63,506 nt of DNA, filler included, from Reclinomonas americana ATCC 50394 (GCA_048213135.1; 7 parts of 6 records of this genome joined end to end with filler, not necessarily neighbours in it); one strand, 5' to 3'. Counted from the first letter of the whole stretch, positions 35,710 to 50,707 are shown. Made by a program: numbers and translations. The notes: generated by a model not told the origin, from the sequence alone.

Positions 35710-37569
35710 TTATCCGTCGGGGTACCAGTCGTGATCGATGGAAGTGCCGCAACTGTTCACGAGTGAGCGACTGTGCGTCGGCAGGCAAGACGCGTGGCAC
35801 ATTACGCAACATGCCAGTCGTGCCAGTGTACTGCCGCGACACATAAACTCATGAGCGCACGATTCCCCGCGCAGCGACACGAACTGCCAGTGACTCACCT
35901 GCTTGATGGACGGGCGGCTCCAGATGCACACAAACAGATAGGGTGAGAAACTCATCGCCGCGCGCAATCAAACCCTCATGAAACGCACCCGCCGAAGGAT
36001 TTCCAGTCGGAGAAGCTCGCATTGTTGTCTGTGACAGCAAAAGTAAGATAACATGATTGGGCGACCGACGCGGATCATTTCGCACCGTAGTGAGCATCTG
36101 CAGCAGCGCGCAAGAGCAGCGTGAGAAGAGCGAAAGCTCAGGAAGCACAACAAACAGAAATGTGACGCGACGCAACACCACAGCGGCAGGTGGCTGAAGC
36201 TCGTGTCCTGTGCGCACGTATGGGTCAATCGCTGGACAAGGCCCAGAGTCACGGAGAGAGAGCATGGCAAAGAAATACACGACCAAAAGGACTTGTTTCT
36301 TCGTGAAGTACGCACAGGAAGAACGGAAGACTTCCCTCTCCATTGAACTACCCGCCACGAAGAGAGCTCTCTCTCTCTCTCTCTCAATCATTTTCATTCG
36401 ATTGTTCGACAAGAGTTCGATGAGCCAAGCTTCTCTCACTCTCGAAGCCGTACATTTTTGCAAGACATCGAAGTGCAACTCGCTCAACATCTCAAGGTGC
36501 GAACGCGGAATGCTTCCACGCTTCTCTCTCTTCTCCTCCTCCATCTTTTTCACACAGCGTCTCTATCCCTCATCTCTCATCTCCTCTTGCCTCCTCTGTT
36601 TCCATCTTTCTGCCACTCCGTGACGCTCACTCCTTCGCTCTCTCCTTTCTCTCATCTCCTCTCGCCTCCTCCCTCTCCATCTCTTTCTCTCCCCGCTACT
36701 CCTCCATCTTCCCTGAGTCCGTCCTCCTCTCTTCCTCTCTTCCTCACTCATCCTCACTCATCCTCAATCTTTCTCCCACTCAACGTCTCTGTCGCACACA
36801 CACTCTCCCCCCTCTTCTCCTCTCGCCTCCCCCTCTCCATCTCTTTCTCTCCCCTCTACTCCACCGTCTCTCTGCGCCTCAGTCCGTCCTCTTCTCTTGC
36901 CTCTTACCTCCTCACTCCCTCCACTTCCTCTTCTCCTCCGCCACCTTTTTCCTACAGTGTCTCTCTCTCACACACTCTCTCCATTTCCTCACCTCCTCCC
37001 TTTCCATCTCTTTCTCACCCCTCTTCTCCTTCACCTTTCCTGAGTCCGTCCTCCTCCGTTTTCTCTCACACAGTGTCTCTCTTCCTCATCTCCTAATCCT
37101 CCCTCCTTCTCTTCCCTTCTCTCTCCCCCTCTCCTCCCATCCTCTCCACCTCCTCCTCCTCCCCTCTCTTTCCATAAAAACGCAACTCCACAAGTGATTG
37201 GGTTCCACTGCGACGCCGACGAGTAGATCGCAGGCTGGTGGCCGCGAGCGGAGATTGCATTCACCGCCTGGTGGAAAAAGTTGACATTGGCTGCACACGC
37301 CCCACAAGGTATCAGCACACGCACTCCCAGTCACATTGCCCACCGCGCCGCGCAACTGGCGCAATTGCCGCTCCAGTGACCCGGCGACTCAATGTCGAGC
37401 CACACCGAGCCGTATTTCGCACCGCCGGCGTCGAGTGCGTTGAGGGCGTTGTTGACTTGCGCCGCCGCGTCCTTGGACTGCGAGAGGAAGATGTACACGT
37501 CGACGTACACAAAGCCGGCAGCGCGTGCGCGGTTGACGTCGTTGGCGGCGTATGGGTTGTACTCGCCGT
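35710..37569 (-). CDS. GH25 lysozyme copy 2 (5' exons lost at the contig end)
   Basis: Exons nearly identical to copy 1 (DGEYNPYAAND...VWLDIESPGHWSG...CGTSIDHDWYPDG*) with the same intron positions. Confidence 0.9.
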
Positions 37570-38230
37570 CTGTGGAGGGGAAAGGAAGGGGGAAGAGTGA
37601 AGGGGAGAGTGAGGGAAGACAAGGGGAAGGGAGAGGAGGATGTAACGGGAGTGGAAGGAGAGGATGAGTGAGAAAGGAGAGGAAAAGAGAGGCAGAGAGA
37701 GAGAGAGAGAGTGAGAGAGAGAAAGAACATAGAGATTAGCAGGTAACGGGGACACAGAGAAGAGAAGAGGACCGAAAAGGAGAAAAGGCAGAAAGAACAG
37801 AGAGAGGAAGAGGAGAGAGAGGCAGCGAGAGAAGGACAAAAAGGAGACAGTTGGGCAGCGAGAATGGGAGAGGTACAGAAAGAGGAAGACAGAAAAGAGA
37901 GGGGCATGCAGAAGAAGGAACAAGACAAAAGAGAGAGAGAGAGGGAGAGAGAGAGAAAGAGAGAGAGAGAAAGACGAGGGAGAGACAGAGAGGCAACGAG
38001 AAAGACGAGGATAGAGACAGAGATAGGGAGAAGAAGCAGATAGAGAGGTGGAGAGATAGGAGAGGTATAGGCAGTCAGGCAGTGAGAACGGAAGAGAAAA
38101 GAGAGAGAGAGAGATTAGATGAGAGAATAACCCGAGAGAAAGAAGGGCAGGCACAGAAGCAGTTAGGCAGCGAGAATGGGAGGGGAGGGAGAGGGACAGA
38201 AAGAGGGGGATATGCAGAAGAAGGAACACG

Positions 38231-38322
<92 letters not shown>

Positions 38323-38422
38323 NNNNNNNNNNNNNNNNNNNNNNNNNNNNNNNNNNNNNNNNNNNNTTAATTAATTAANNNNNNNNNNNNNNNNNNNNNN
38401 NNNNNNNNNNNNNNNNNNNNNN

Positions 38423-39635
38423 AACAGACGGAGCGAGTCGCACATACCCCTGGAACAGATAGCGATCCTTGTCACGCGCGCCAGCCGCGCCCGCGCCACC
38501 CGCACCACCAGGGAACAATTCTCGCGCCAAACTCTGATACGGTCCCGACTGGCTCCCCGGCGACGGCGGCATCTGCTGCTGCATCTGCTGCTGTTGCAAG
38601 TGCGCCGACATGTGATCCACTTCACCATCACCACGCTTCCGCACCGAGAAGAGCGTCGAGGCGGAAGTGGGCGTCGACGACGAGCCGGAATCAAACACCG
38701 ACGATGGTGTCCGAATCGGAGACGCCGGCGTGGCGTCCTTGTTGGAGGGCGACGGCGGCGAGTAACCCGCGCCATTGGCCACCAACGATGACGTGTACGA
38801 CCGCCGCGCTGCTCCATACGGCGCCGTCGACAAGAACGGAGAACCCTGCTGCACAAAAAGGTAGTGACAGTCAGTGACGCGTGCCATCAACACCCCACGC
38901 GCACATCCAGACAATAAAAGTCATCATCACCTTTTCCTCTTCAAATCCTCCGTAACCCTTGCGTCGCTGTGCTTGTGATGGCAAACCCTACACACACATA
39001 GGCAAGGGGAGTGTGAGTTTGGATCAAGAGAAAGAATAAAAAAAGAGCGCGCGCCCCGCGTCCGTTGAATAAGCACAAACCTGCGCTCTCAACGTGGCAG
39101 CATCCACACTCATCGACAACTTGTTGCCACTTGTCGCCGTCAACGATCCGCCTCCATTCTGTTGTTGTTGTTGTTGCGGAGTCACTCGTCCATTGACAGC
39201 GGCCGCGGCCGCCGCAGCAGCAGCCGCCGCAGAGGACGACGAAGAAGGCACTGATGAAGTCGCAGCAGTGCGTTTGCGCAGTGGCGAGACCTCGAGTCCT
39301 CCTCCATTGGCCGCAGCCGCAGCGGCCGCAGCAGCAGCGGCGGCGGCTGAGGAGGAGGAGGCGGGTTGCCCAGAGAGGGTCATGGCCGTGGGCATGCCGC
39401 TCATCGCGTTGCTGCCCAGCCCGCCCACTGACACTCCACCAGGTGGCGTGCGGCGCCCTGAGGCCGAGGCCGCAGCGGCACCAGATGACGGAGAGCCGAC
39501 GTATGGCTGTCAAACACAAACAAACAAAGCGTGCAATGAGCGACGATCACAAACACACACGCGCGCAACAGACACACACACCTGCATGCCCATGCGGTTC
39601 AAGCGTGTGGAGCGGCCATAGACGGATGTGTCCAT
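38423..39635 (-). CDS. N-terminal Ala/Ser/Gln-rich region of an unknown protein, truncated at a linker
   Basis: Four in-phase exons from MDTSVYGRSTRLNRMGMQ to ...KDRYLFQGYVRLAPSV; the end may be the first strand of a PH-like domain. Confidence 0.6.
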
Positions 39636-40158
39636 GTCACCACGCCACGACAGTCAAAAAAAAGAAAGGAAAATGCACGCGCTAGAAGGGGTGATGAAAA
39701 TGTCTCAGAGAGAGAGGCGCGGCGCAATTATATGCAAGACGACCGACACACACGCAGCAATGACAGCGCAGTGACGGCGTAGGTGGCACGTGTACGTGTA
39801 CGAGACACAGACAGCGACAAGAGCAAGAGAGAGAGCCGAGCGCGAGAGCAAGTGTGTGTGAGAGATGACTGGAGTCGCGACACAAAAGCGACTCTCAAAA
39901 CGACGCGCTTTCTGCAAACCAAACAGCGCCTCAATGAGCGCTCACACACAGAGAGAGAGAGAGAGAGAGACGAGCACGACACACACATGCACACACTGAC
40001 CTTTCAGCGTGCGTGTGCGAGCGAGAGAGCCGAGAACCAAAAAGTAATCTTCTTCGCGCGCGATGATCTGCAAATTGACAAGCTGCTCGAAATGGCGCGC
40101 GGCTCTCACTCATCCAGTCGGCGGAACGGACGGTGGAATCGCAAGATATCTCACAGGT

Positions 40159-43100
40159 ATGGAGGGCGGCAATGGCAATGGCGGCAAGACGATTCGCGTG
40201 GCGGCGCGATTTCGGCCGCAAAATGCGGCGGAGTTGAATGGGGGCGGCATGCGGAATGTGGAGGTGTTGCCGGACCAGCGATCAGTGAAAGTATTGGTGA
40301 GTGACTTTTTTGCTCTCTGTGTCTCTTCCCTCTGCTCACTCTGTCTCTGTCTCTGTGCAGGTGCGACGTGGTGGTGCGAGTAGTGTGTTTGATGAGTCAG
40401 CGTCGTTCTCGGCGGGGGACGGCAGTGTGTCGACTCCGGTGGCTGCCACACCAGGCCTGACGGTGAGTGGATGGATCATCAAAGTGCCTTTTGTTTTTCC
40501 GTGGGGTGTGGAGAGGGCTTTTGGTGGTGGTTTGGTGTGGGTGAGGCGTGGTGGAGAGAGTGGGCAGAGAGTAGCATACAGGGTTTCTTGGCCTGTTCTT
40601 GTGTGCTCTTATCGTGGGTTTAGAGGGGTTCTCTCGGGTTTGAGCATGCATGGGAGTGCAGCGAGGGTTTCTTGGTACGTTCTGCCTATCGAGGGCTCGT
40701 TTGCATGTTCACCTTCGAGCAACGAGAGGGCTCTATTGCCTTTTGCATGATCGATTTTGTTCTCGGCGTCTGTCGATCTTGCCTGGGTGCTTGCACGGTG
40801 CTTCTTGTCATTGTGCTTCTGGCGTGATGTGGGGTTTGCCGGTTCACCGCGTGTGAGACATGTACGGTTGACCTCCGTCGGTGTTCTGTCACGCTCTGGC
40901 TGAACCTGGTCATACTTGTACATTGTGTGCACCCCGCGCTCGATCGTGTGTGAAGCTTGTCGGTTGACCTCATTGATGTTCTGTCATTTGCTGATCCTGG
41001 TCACACTGCTGCATGGCGATTACCTTGATCGCGTGTGCAAGACTCGTATGTGTGTGCGGTTCACCTCGGTCGTCTTCCCTCCGGTCGATAGCTGTCGCTT
41101 TCTGGCTGTTCTTTATCACTCTTCTACCTTGATCGTTTGTGTGATTGACCTCGATCGTTGTCGCTGTCGATCACTTGACCATGATCGCTGGTGCGACACT
41201 TCCGTGAGTGCGTGCAGTCACCAGAACATCATTTCTTATCTTGTCTCTCTCTGTGTGTTCTATCCGCCTGACAACTGAACAAGCCATGCACCTTGTGGGT
41301 GTTGATCTTCTCCACGTTCCTCTCACCCCTCGCCCGCTCTCGCAGCACGAGGAGCGACTGTACCGCTTCGATCACATCTTCGGCGACGACTCCACACAGC
41401 AATCAGTGTACGACACTCTTGGCAAGCCCGCCATTGAAGGTCCCCTCTCCCCCCATCCCCCTTTCATCTCCTCCCATCTCTCACTCACATCCCTTCTCCT
41501 CTCGCGTGCGACAGCCTTCCTGCAGGGCTACAACTCGACCATTTTCGCATACGGACAAACTGGCTCCGGTAAGACGCACACCATGATGGGTCCGGGCGAC
41601 GTCACCAAATCCGCCGGCGAGCCGTCACCACATCGCGGTCTCATTCCGCGCATGTGCGAGGCCCTGTTTCAGCAAATCGGGCAAATGTCGGCCGACGTGT
41701 GGCTGTGGCTGGAGGTGTCGTACATTGAGATTTATGTGGAGCGTGTGTACGATTTGCTCTCCACGCGGCGCAACCACTTGAGCATTCGCGAGGACCCGGT
41801 GCACGGCATGGTGGTGGAGGGTGTCACACGGCAGGCGGTGCAGACGCCGGACGATGTGTTTCGCATTCTGCGCGACGGCTCCATGAATCGCGCCGTGGCG
41901 TCAACGAGTTTCGTTGTCACACATCCGCTCCTTTCCTGTCCCCCATTTCTTCTATGTCTCTCACATGCTGGGCAGAGATGAACGAGCACTCGTCACGCAG
42001 TCATGCCATTTTCATTCTGCACCTGCGCACCGGCGATTTCGAGACCAAGACGTGGAATCGCTTCTCCAAGTTGCACCTCGTCGACCTGGCCGGCTCGGAG
42101 CGCATCGACAAGACCGGTGCGGAGGGGCAGCGACTCGACGAGGCCAAGAAGATCAACCAGTCGCTCTCGCAGCTCGGCCAAGTGATTCACGAGCTGACCT
42201 CACGGCGGCGGGATTCCGATGTTGCGTCGCCGTCGCCGTTGTCGTCGTGGCTCACTTCCTTTCCTCTCACTCTGCGCGCGCGCACAGGCCCCACAACACG
42301 TATCCTACCGCAACTCGAAACTCACGCTGCTGCTGAAAGACTCACTCGGCGGTAACTCCGAAACCTCTCTGATCATCAACTGCTCCTCGTCGAGCTGGAA
42401 CGATCGAGAGACGGTCAACACGCTGGAGTTTGGCAAGCGGTGCGTCACGTATTCTCACGCTGGCACCCTCTCTCTCTCTTTCTTTCTTTCTCTCACCGTG
42501 GCGTGCGATGCAGTGCCAAGATGATCAAGAACCGGCCGGTTATCAACGAAGAGTTGACGTCGGCACAGCTGCAGCGCATGCTCAAGGCCGCTCAGGAGGA
42601 GATCGAGCAGTTGAAACGGGCACTCGGTGGTGGCTCGTCACCACTGCATGCGGTGGCGGAGGAGGTCTCGGCGCTCAAAGGTTTTGTGGTGCTCGGGTCG
42701 ATGGCGACTCGATTGTGTGTGTGTGTGTGGCTCATCCATGCGTTGGTGTGCGTCGTACAGACGAGATCAGTCAGCTGCAGCAGCAGATCTCCCAGCACGA
42801 GGCCGACAACGAAAAGCTGCGGGAGGAAATCGACGACTGGGCGTTGAGAGGGAGCGAGCTGGTGGCGGTGCAGGAGGATCGCGCTCGATGGCAAAAGGTT
42901 TTCGTTCTCGCCACCGTGTCGATATGTGTGTCAAGAGCGCTCACCCAGTATTGCAGACATGCACCGAATTGCGACTGGAAAAGGAGCAACTCGTGTTTGC
43001 GGACTCGGAGCACCTCGCCACCATTCAGGTGCTGTCGGAGGAGCGCGAGGAACTGAGACAAGAGCTGGCCGTGTCGCGTGGCCAGGTCGCCGAACTGCGC

Positions 43101-44481
43101 GAAAAACTGCATGTGGCCGAGGTCAAGGCCGACGAGCTGCTGCTGATGCCGCAGTTGACGCCGACCAGCGCCGGCAGTGCTGCCGCTGGCGCCTCTGCTG
43201 GTGCGCCAACGTCACCTCCGTCGACTGCATTTGTGCCCTTCCAGCTGCAAGTGGCGCCCGGCGAGCTCACCAACCGTGAGCGTGAAATGCTCGTGTCGTT
43301 GCGTCCTTTCTTGTTCTACTGACAGCGCCATCAAATTCGTGAGTTGACCGTCGCGCGCAGCATTCGGACACTGGAGTCACAAGTGGGCAATCAGCGCATG
43401 CTGCTGCGGGAGATCAACTACTTGCGCTCCCGCGTCGAAACACTCTGCATGCAGAATGAGTCGCTGGCGAGCGAGACGCGAACCTTGCAGCTGGAGCTCT
43501 GCGTTGCGTTCAGCAGCTGCGTCTTCGTCGTTGCACACTCGACCTCACTCGCATGCACAGCTGGCCGACCGCAAGGTAGAAATCCGGGCACAACGCATCG
43601 CGGCACTGGAGGTCGAGATGCGCAAGGTCAACGAGCAGGCGAGCGAGGCGCTCGACGAGGCGCGCACGCAGAACGACGAGCTGTCGGAGCGTGTGGTGTT
43701 TTTGGAGAACAAACTGATTCACACCAACGGTTTGTTGGTTTCATCGACCCCTGCACACCTCTCCTCGTACTGATGTGTGTGTGCGCGGTCGCAGCCGAGT
43801 TGCGCAAGATCAAGGGCGCACGCGTCATCAGCCCGCTGCGAGGAGGACGACGACGATCGTCGTCGGCTCGTCATTTTTCCGATCCCGACGACACCTCCCC
43901 ACAAGAGTCACCCACTGGCGCCGCCGGCAACTCCCCGGCGCCACTTGCTGTCTCCGCCGTGGCCTCCGACACCGACAGCGCACGAGCTGCTTCACACAGC
44001 AACTCGAGCAGTTTCAGCAGCACACGCAGTTCGCGTTTCAACCAGGTGTCGCTCACCCTCGACACCGACGATGTGGATCCGCTCAGCGACGACGACGCCG
44101 ACGGCAGCGGCGAAGACGACTCACTTAGCGACCCCACCGCACCCACTCCACGCAGCTTGGCACTGCGCACCAAGCACCGGCAAGTGGCCGTCTCCCTGGG
44201 AGCGGCCGTCGCCGAAACCGCCGCCAGCATCACTGCTCGACGTGCATCCAGGTCTCCACCCTGCCTTGCTCGTCACATAATAACCGGCTCCGTTACTCAC
44301 TCACTCTCGCCACACGCACCACAGCAGCGACTCCGGCTCACAACACGCCGCCACGCCACCTCGACCATGGCTTCGCGATCTGGTCGAAGCCTTCCGGGAA
44401 CGCAAACGCCAAGAACGCATGCACGCTCCCGTCCTCGCTCTGTCACCACCCTCGTTGCAATTCCCACAAGTGCGCAGATAA
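40159..44481 (+). CDS. Kinesin (N-terminal motor, coiled-coil stalk; kinesin-1-like)
   Basis: [28 protein letters not shown] (P-loop), [38 protein letters not shown] and [14 protein letters not shown]. The C-terminal exon is less certain. Confidence 0.93.
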
Positions 44482-44872
44482 TAAACAAGCACACAAAATG
44501 AAAGAAGAGAAATCGACGGACGTCGACGTTGCCAGTTTCTCCGCAGTGCAAATCGTCTCGAATCCTCGCGCGCGTGATGTCGGTGTGTGTGTGTGCACTC
44601 ACGCACATGTGTGTGTACGTCTCTGTGCGTGTCTCGCTTACTCACGCGGCAAACGCACTCAGAGCAACGGCGACTGCGATGTGTCAACCGCTCACCACTC
44701 CACCGCCTCCTCTCTGCCCAACTCGCCCTCCCCTCACGCACCCTCCTCCTCCCACTCCTCTCCTTCCTCCTCCTCCACAATAACAACAACAACACGTCAC
44801 AACAACAGCAGCAATAGAGGAGACGACCGCGACACTGATGAAGAATCTCGCAGACGAGCACGTGGCGGTGAC

Positions 44873-45936
44873 ATGGACGCGTACGAGAGCGCGCGCGTGC
44901 GACGACGACTTGTGATGGAACAGCTGTTGCGTCTGAGCGCGGCCTCGCAGCGACACGCACCCTCTGCGCGTGTGACCACCTCCACCACTGCATCGCCATT
45001 GGAGGCTCCACTGGTGCCTGTGTTCCGCGGCTTTTGCATGTGCGTGGTGCTTCCGGTGGGCGTTGCAGGAGGAGGCGTGCTGGTTGGGTGTGATGAGGTG
45101 GCAGTGGAGGCCGCCAGTGCAGTGCAGTATCGGCAGTCGCTGGTGGCGCGCGCAAGGAGCTTGTGCTTGCGGTTGGGCGCGGCAGTGCATCTGGTGGCCG
45201 CGGCTGGTGAGTGCACGCGCAAGGAGGATGACTATGCGCTGGAGGAGGACGACGACGAGGATGAGCTGGAGGGCGTGACGCATGTGGTGGCGTTGGCCGT
45301 CGACGATAACGCAGTGTTGATAAGACGGGCGATGCTGCTGGGTCTTCCGTGTGTCACGCCGCACTGGATCGAGGCGTGTGCGGCGCGGCAGGAGCTGCTG
45401 GCACCCGATGCGAAACCGTTCTTGTATGCGCCTGCACCAGCGGCCAAGTTGCGTCTGCTCAGTGACATTGTAACAATTCTCGCCGCTGCTCCTCATGTTG
45501 AGCGCAGTGGGATCCCGGGCTTTGGCGAGCTGGTGGTGGCCGTGACGGGCTTCACAGGCACCGAGCGTGCCGAGGTCAAGGCCATGATCCGGATCGCAGG
45601 CGGTACGTGCAGCAGCCACGCCTGTCCTCCCGTCGCGTCGCTCTTCCGCTCACTCCCATCGCCATGCAGCTCGATACACCGGGTGCCTATCGCGTGCCGA
45701 AAACACGCACCTCATCTGCGCACGTCCACACGGCGAAAAGCATCGATGCGCCATTGAGTGGCGATCACCTCGGATCGTCTCCAAGGACTGGATCGTTCGT
45801 TGCGTGAAGCGATCGCGTTACGGTCTCTCTCAGAACGCTTTTTCTCATCGCTTTTATCTCACGCGTAGGCTGCTTGCAATCATGGTCGCTGTGCGATGAG
45901 ACCGCCTTTGCCACGGTTGACATTGTGCTTCGTTGA
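44873..45936 (+). CDS. Tandem BRCT-domain protein (start could be upstream, at 44498)
   Basis: VTHVVA...CVTPHWIEAC and VAVTGFTGTERAEVKAMIRIAG|ARYTGCLSRAENTHLIC...IVSKDWIV|RCLQSWSLCDETAF. Confidence 0.85.
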
Positions 45937-46187
45937 CTTCAAAGTAAAAGAGAGCAGTTGTCTTGTCCTGTGTCATCGCTTTGTGATTGGGTTTGCACGC
46001 GATCGCCTCTCACACAACAACGCGCTCGCCTGTGAGTGAGATCGACAAGCAGCGAACACTCAGTGGAAGGCGTGTGTGTGTGTGTCGCGCACGCGCGCAT
46101 GTCACACGTGTTACTTACTCTCTCTTCTTCAGGCGAGGTATAACGCGAGTTTTGCTCAGTGAGTGCGCGTGTGTGCGTGTGTGCATC

Positions 46188-47899
46188 ATGAGAGACGTTC
46201 GCGGAGGTGTGCTGGTGGCACTGGGCTTTTTGGGAGTGCAACTGCTGCTGGCCTCCTTCAAGCTGACCTATGCGTACTCGTCGCCCGAGTGGACGGTGTT
46301 TCTCGCGCCTGTTTTTGTGTATCTCTTGGTCATTGTGATTCAGGTGAGCATGAAGGAAGAGAGAATGATTGCATTTTCAGTCTTGCAAGCTCTCAAACTC
46401 ACTGCAGTCAGTCGCTCACGCTGTCTCACAAGGCACAGCGCTCAGCTCATTTGCTTCTCTGCCTCCCTCGCTCTCTCACAAAGCACAGCTCTGATCTGCC
46501 TCTCTTACTTTGCCTCTCAAACCCTCTCTCCCTATTGCTTTCTCCCTCACACTTCATTGTCTGCATGTCTTCAGTCAACTTTCTCGCAAGCACCTCTCAG
46601 GTCATCGCATTCTCTAACTCAGCGCCCACCATTCTTCCTCTTCTTCTTCTCTCTTTCTCCCTCTCTTCTCCCTGCCTTCTCCTCTCACAAGGCACAACTC
46701 TTCTCTGCCTCTCACCTCTTCTTCTTCTTCTTCTTCTTCTTCTTCTTCTTCTTCTTCTCTNNNNNNNNNNNNNNNNNNNNNNNNNNNNNNNNNNNNNNNN
46801 NNNNTTAATTAATTAANNNNNNNNNNNNNNNNNNNNNNNNNNNNNNNNNNNNNNNNNNNNCATCTCTCTTGCACATGCACTCTCTCTCTCCCGTGCTCTC
46901 TCCTTCCCTTCCCCCTCTCCTCTCCTCATCCTTCGTTCTCCCTCTCCTCCCTCCCTCGCAGATCCACGGCGAACGACAGGAGACTGGCGGCAGCTTGCCG
47001 TCGTCGGCCTCCAGCGAGGGCTTTGAGATGCCGCTGGTGTCGAGTGGCGGCGCCACCGACGACCTGGTGCCCATGTCCTCCTCCTCCTCCACCGCCTCAG
47101 GGCATCGCGCGCAGTGGAGCGATCTCGGCGTGTACTCACTGTACGGCTTCTTGCCACTGCTGGTCATGTATCTCAACTTTGGGCCCATGTACGGCTTCAT
47201 GTTGGTGATGCCGGTCACCAACTTGGCCGTGGCGCACGCCCGCTTCCTGCGCAATGGACATTGTCCACCGCTGCTGGGTGGCTCGTTCGCCCCGTTCCCC
47301 ACCACGGGCACTGCGCTGTTTTGCGTGTGGGCCTACGTCGGTGTGCTCAAGTTGGCCAACCAGCTGCACTCGGTGCCGTGGGGGTTTGTCTTGCTCGCGC
47401 TGTGGGCGTGGGCGCTGCTGCTGACGCTGCACGTGCCGGTGGTGCCTGTGTTGCGGTGGCTGGAATTGGTGGGTTCGAGCAACTCGTCGTCATCGCTCGT
47501 ATCGTCGCCGTCGCAAGCCATGCTGAGGTGCGTGTGTGGCGCCTTTTTTCCACAGTGCTCGCACACACTGACTGACCTCTTCCACGACTCCGCAGCGATG
47601 TTGAAATCACGCCGTCGTTGCTGCCTTCGCCCCGCATCCAGAGCACCATTTTCTTCGTGTTCGCCCTGCCGCTCATTCTCTCGACGGCCACGGCGGCGGC
47701 CGTCGACTGGACCAGCGTCACCCCCGTCAGCGGCATCGCAATCTTTGGCATTTTCGCTCCGCTCGTCGTTGCGGTATTTGCTGCCATATTTATTGTCGTG
47801 CAGTGGACGCGTAGTTATAGCTCGGTGGGAGAGTTTAGAAGAGAGTACTTTAAGGTCGGCAGTGAGGCTGCGTATGCACCTCTGAGCTCTGCCGTGTAG
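46188..47899 (+). CDS. Multi-pass membrane protein (interrupted by a contig linker)
   Basis: Several hydrophobic segments with W..VF.P-like motifs; exons 46188-46343, 46961-47527 and 47595-47899. The join across the linker is inferred. Confidence 0.6.
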
Positions 47900-48145
47900 A
47901 CAATGCAGAACGTTAATGTGTGCGTTCACATGTGTGGCTGCTGTTTCTTCTTGCGATGTGTTGTGTGTGCGTGCGTATTCTCTCGCTTGCCTGTTGTTGC
48001 GTTCTTCCGGGGGTTCTGTTCAAGTCGCGGAGGAAAAAAAGAAGTTGAGCTCTCCCGTTCGTAAGACACATTCCGCCGGTATTGGTGCCGGCGGTGCTGA
48101 AAATCACTCTGCATTTTTCCGTGCACTGCCACTGGTTGTCTGCTC

Positions 48146-48183
<38 letters not shown>

Positions 48184-48542
48184 CCTCTCTGCCTCGCTCT
48201 TCCTCGCACCCCGCATCACCGACTTTGCCGGGATGCTCGGTGTGGAGGTTGCGGCGCATATTCAGTCGGCGTTTCACATTCTCCGTTTCCTCCGCGTTTG
48301 TGCCACGTCTGCGCATGTGGCCGGATGCGCCGCCACGCGCCCACGTGCCGAATAAGGTCAGCCACATGTGCGTCGATTCCTTACCATTGCTTGTTTTTTG
48401 TTCCCTGTCGGAGAGGTCGCCACGACACTACTCCGTCACACCTACGACACACACGCATACTCACGCATCACCGTTTTCTTCTTTTTGACACACCCCCTGT
48501 TTTGTTTTCCCACGTTTTGATCTTTTTGTTCGCACACTCACG

Positions 48543-50644
48543 ATGAAGATGTCGTGTCGCGGCACGTCCTCCCTCTCGCCACTTCTTGTGGCGATCATCA
48601 GCCTCGCATGTGTGGTGACTGCCGCCTCGGCCGCCGTCAACATCACATGCACCCCGGTGTCGGCGACACACAATCTTGGTTGGTTCACGTGCCCTCCTAT
48701 ATTTGCTGGCATGATGGTCACACTCACACGTACGCGTGACTCCCAGGCGCCCCCAATGGGACGCCGCTGTGCATCCTCAGCGCCGTGGACCCTGCGTCGC
48801 CGAGTAGCACGTTCACTTTCACCATTGCCACGCAGTCGCCACCGGCAGCTGTCTCCATCGATCCGCAAGACGGGTCGACGTTGATGATTGCCAACTCGAG
48901 CGTCGCAGTCGGCACGCTGGAGGTCACCGTAAGCGCCACGCGCGTGCAGTCGCCCCACGACGTGACTTCTACCACTGTCGACATTCCCGAGAGTTTCGTC
49001 CACGGGGTTTTATTCTTGCAATCGCCACCTTTACGTGTTGGTGGGGGACGCTCACACTTGTTGCCGCCACAGCGAATGTGGCGCCGACCAACATTTTCCC
49101 GACCACCGTCATTGTGCCGCTGCCGGCCACTGGCCTGCCGAGCTTTGTGCAGATTGCACAGTTCACGGCCGAGGACGTGGTGAGTTGGTGACTCGGCTGC
49201 GCCTCTCCAGCAATGTCTTCACACAAACAGACACTGATGCTCGTGATCGCGACAATGTGCNNNNNNNNNNNNNNNNNNNNNNNNNNNNNNNNNNNNNNNN
49301 NNNNNNNNNNNNNNNNNNNNNNNNNNNNNNNNNNNNNNNNNNNNNNNNNNNNNNNNNNNNNNNNNNNNNNNNNNNNNNNNNNNNNNNNNNNNNNNNNNNN
49401 NNNNNNNNNNNNNNNNNNNNNNNNNNNNNNNNNNNNNNNNNNNNNNNNNNNNNNNNNNNNNNNNNNNNNNNNNNNNNNNNNNNNNNNNNNNNNNNNNNNN
49501 NNNNNNNNNNNNNNNNNNNNNNNNNNNNNNNNNNNNNNNNNNNNNNNNNNNNNNNNNNNNNNNNNNNNNNNNNNNNNNNNNNNNNNNNNNNNNNNNNNNN
49601 NNNNNNNNNNNNNNNNNNNNNNNNNNNNNNNNNNNNNNNNNNNNNNNNNNNNNNNNNNNNNNNNNNNNNNNNNNNNNNNNNNNNNNNNNNNNNNNNNNNN
49701 NNNNNNNNNNNNNNNNNNNNNNNNNNNNNNNNNNNNNNNNNNNNNNNNNNNNNNNNNNNNNNNNNNNNNNNNNNNNNNNNNNNNNNNNNNNNNNNNNNNN
49801 NNNNNNNNNNNNNNNNNNNNNNNNNNNNNNNNNNNNNNNNNNNNNNNNNNNNNNNNNNNNNNNNNNNNNNNNNNNNNNNNNNNNNNNNNNNNNNNNNNNN
49901 NNNNNNNNNNNNNNNNNNNNNNNNNNNNNNNNNNNNNNNNNNNNNNNNGATGTGCTCATTCTCCTCTTCGCAGGCTATAACTTTATGGGCGGCACTGGTA
50001 GTGTGGTGGGCCAGCTTACGGCCGTTGGTACGTGTGCGGCTGGCTGCATGTCTTGTGTGGGTGGGATCACTCAGTGCTTGAGCAGACACGGACCCGCCGC
50101 CGCTGAACATGAACACGCTGAGCGTGGTCTCACCGGTTGCCAACTTTGCGGTCGTGGGAACGGAGCTCGTGCTTGGCGGCTCTGTCCCTCACGGCGTGCA
50201 GATGGTGACCATTCGTGCCACGGTTCGTGCGCTGGGAACAGTTTCGATCTTTCGTCGTCCTCCGTGCTCACTGTCGTCGCGATGCACACAGGACGACAAT
50301 GAGCCGATGCTGACCTTTGACAAAGTGTTTACGCTGTCGGAAGGTGTGCGCTTTCTTTTGCGTGCTCTCTGTTTTGGTGTCCTTGTGCTCCTCTATGCTC
50401 ACGCTCGCCGTCAGTCAATGTGCGACCGTATGGCGTCACGCCGCAGACTGTGGTTGTTGCGTTGCCGCTGAGCGGTGTCTCTGCTGGCACGCTGCTGGCC
50501 ACCTTCAACGCCACCGATCCCGTTGCGTCTTTGCATGTTCTCCTTTGGCCCGCCTTTCTGTGCATCTGACGCGCTGTCGCTGCTGCACGAAAATACGAGT
50601 GCAGAATACGCCGCAGCAGACGCTGACGTGGTCGCTCGTCTCCG

Positions 50645-50707
<63 letters not shown>

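Noticed and set aside
30946..36230. Short conserved blocks repeated at ~31040-31570 and ~35705-36210 that look like an array or ncRNA
   Set aside because: They are the micro-exons of the two lysozyme paralogues.
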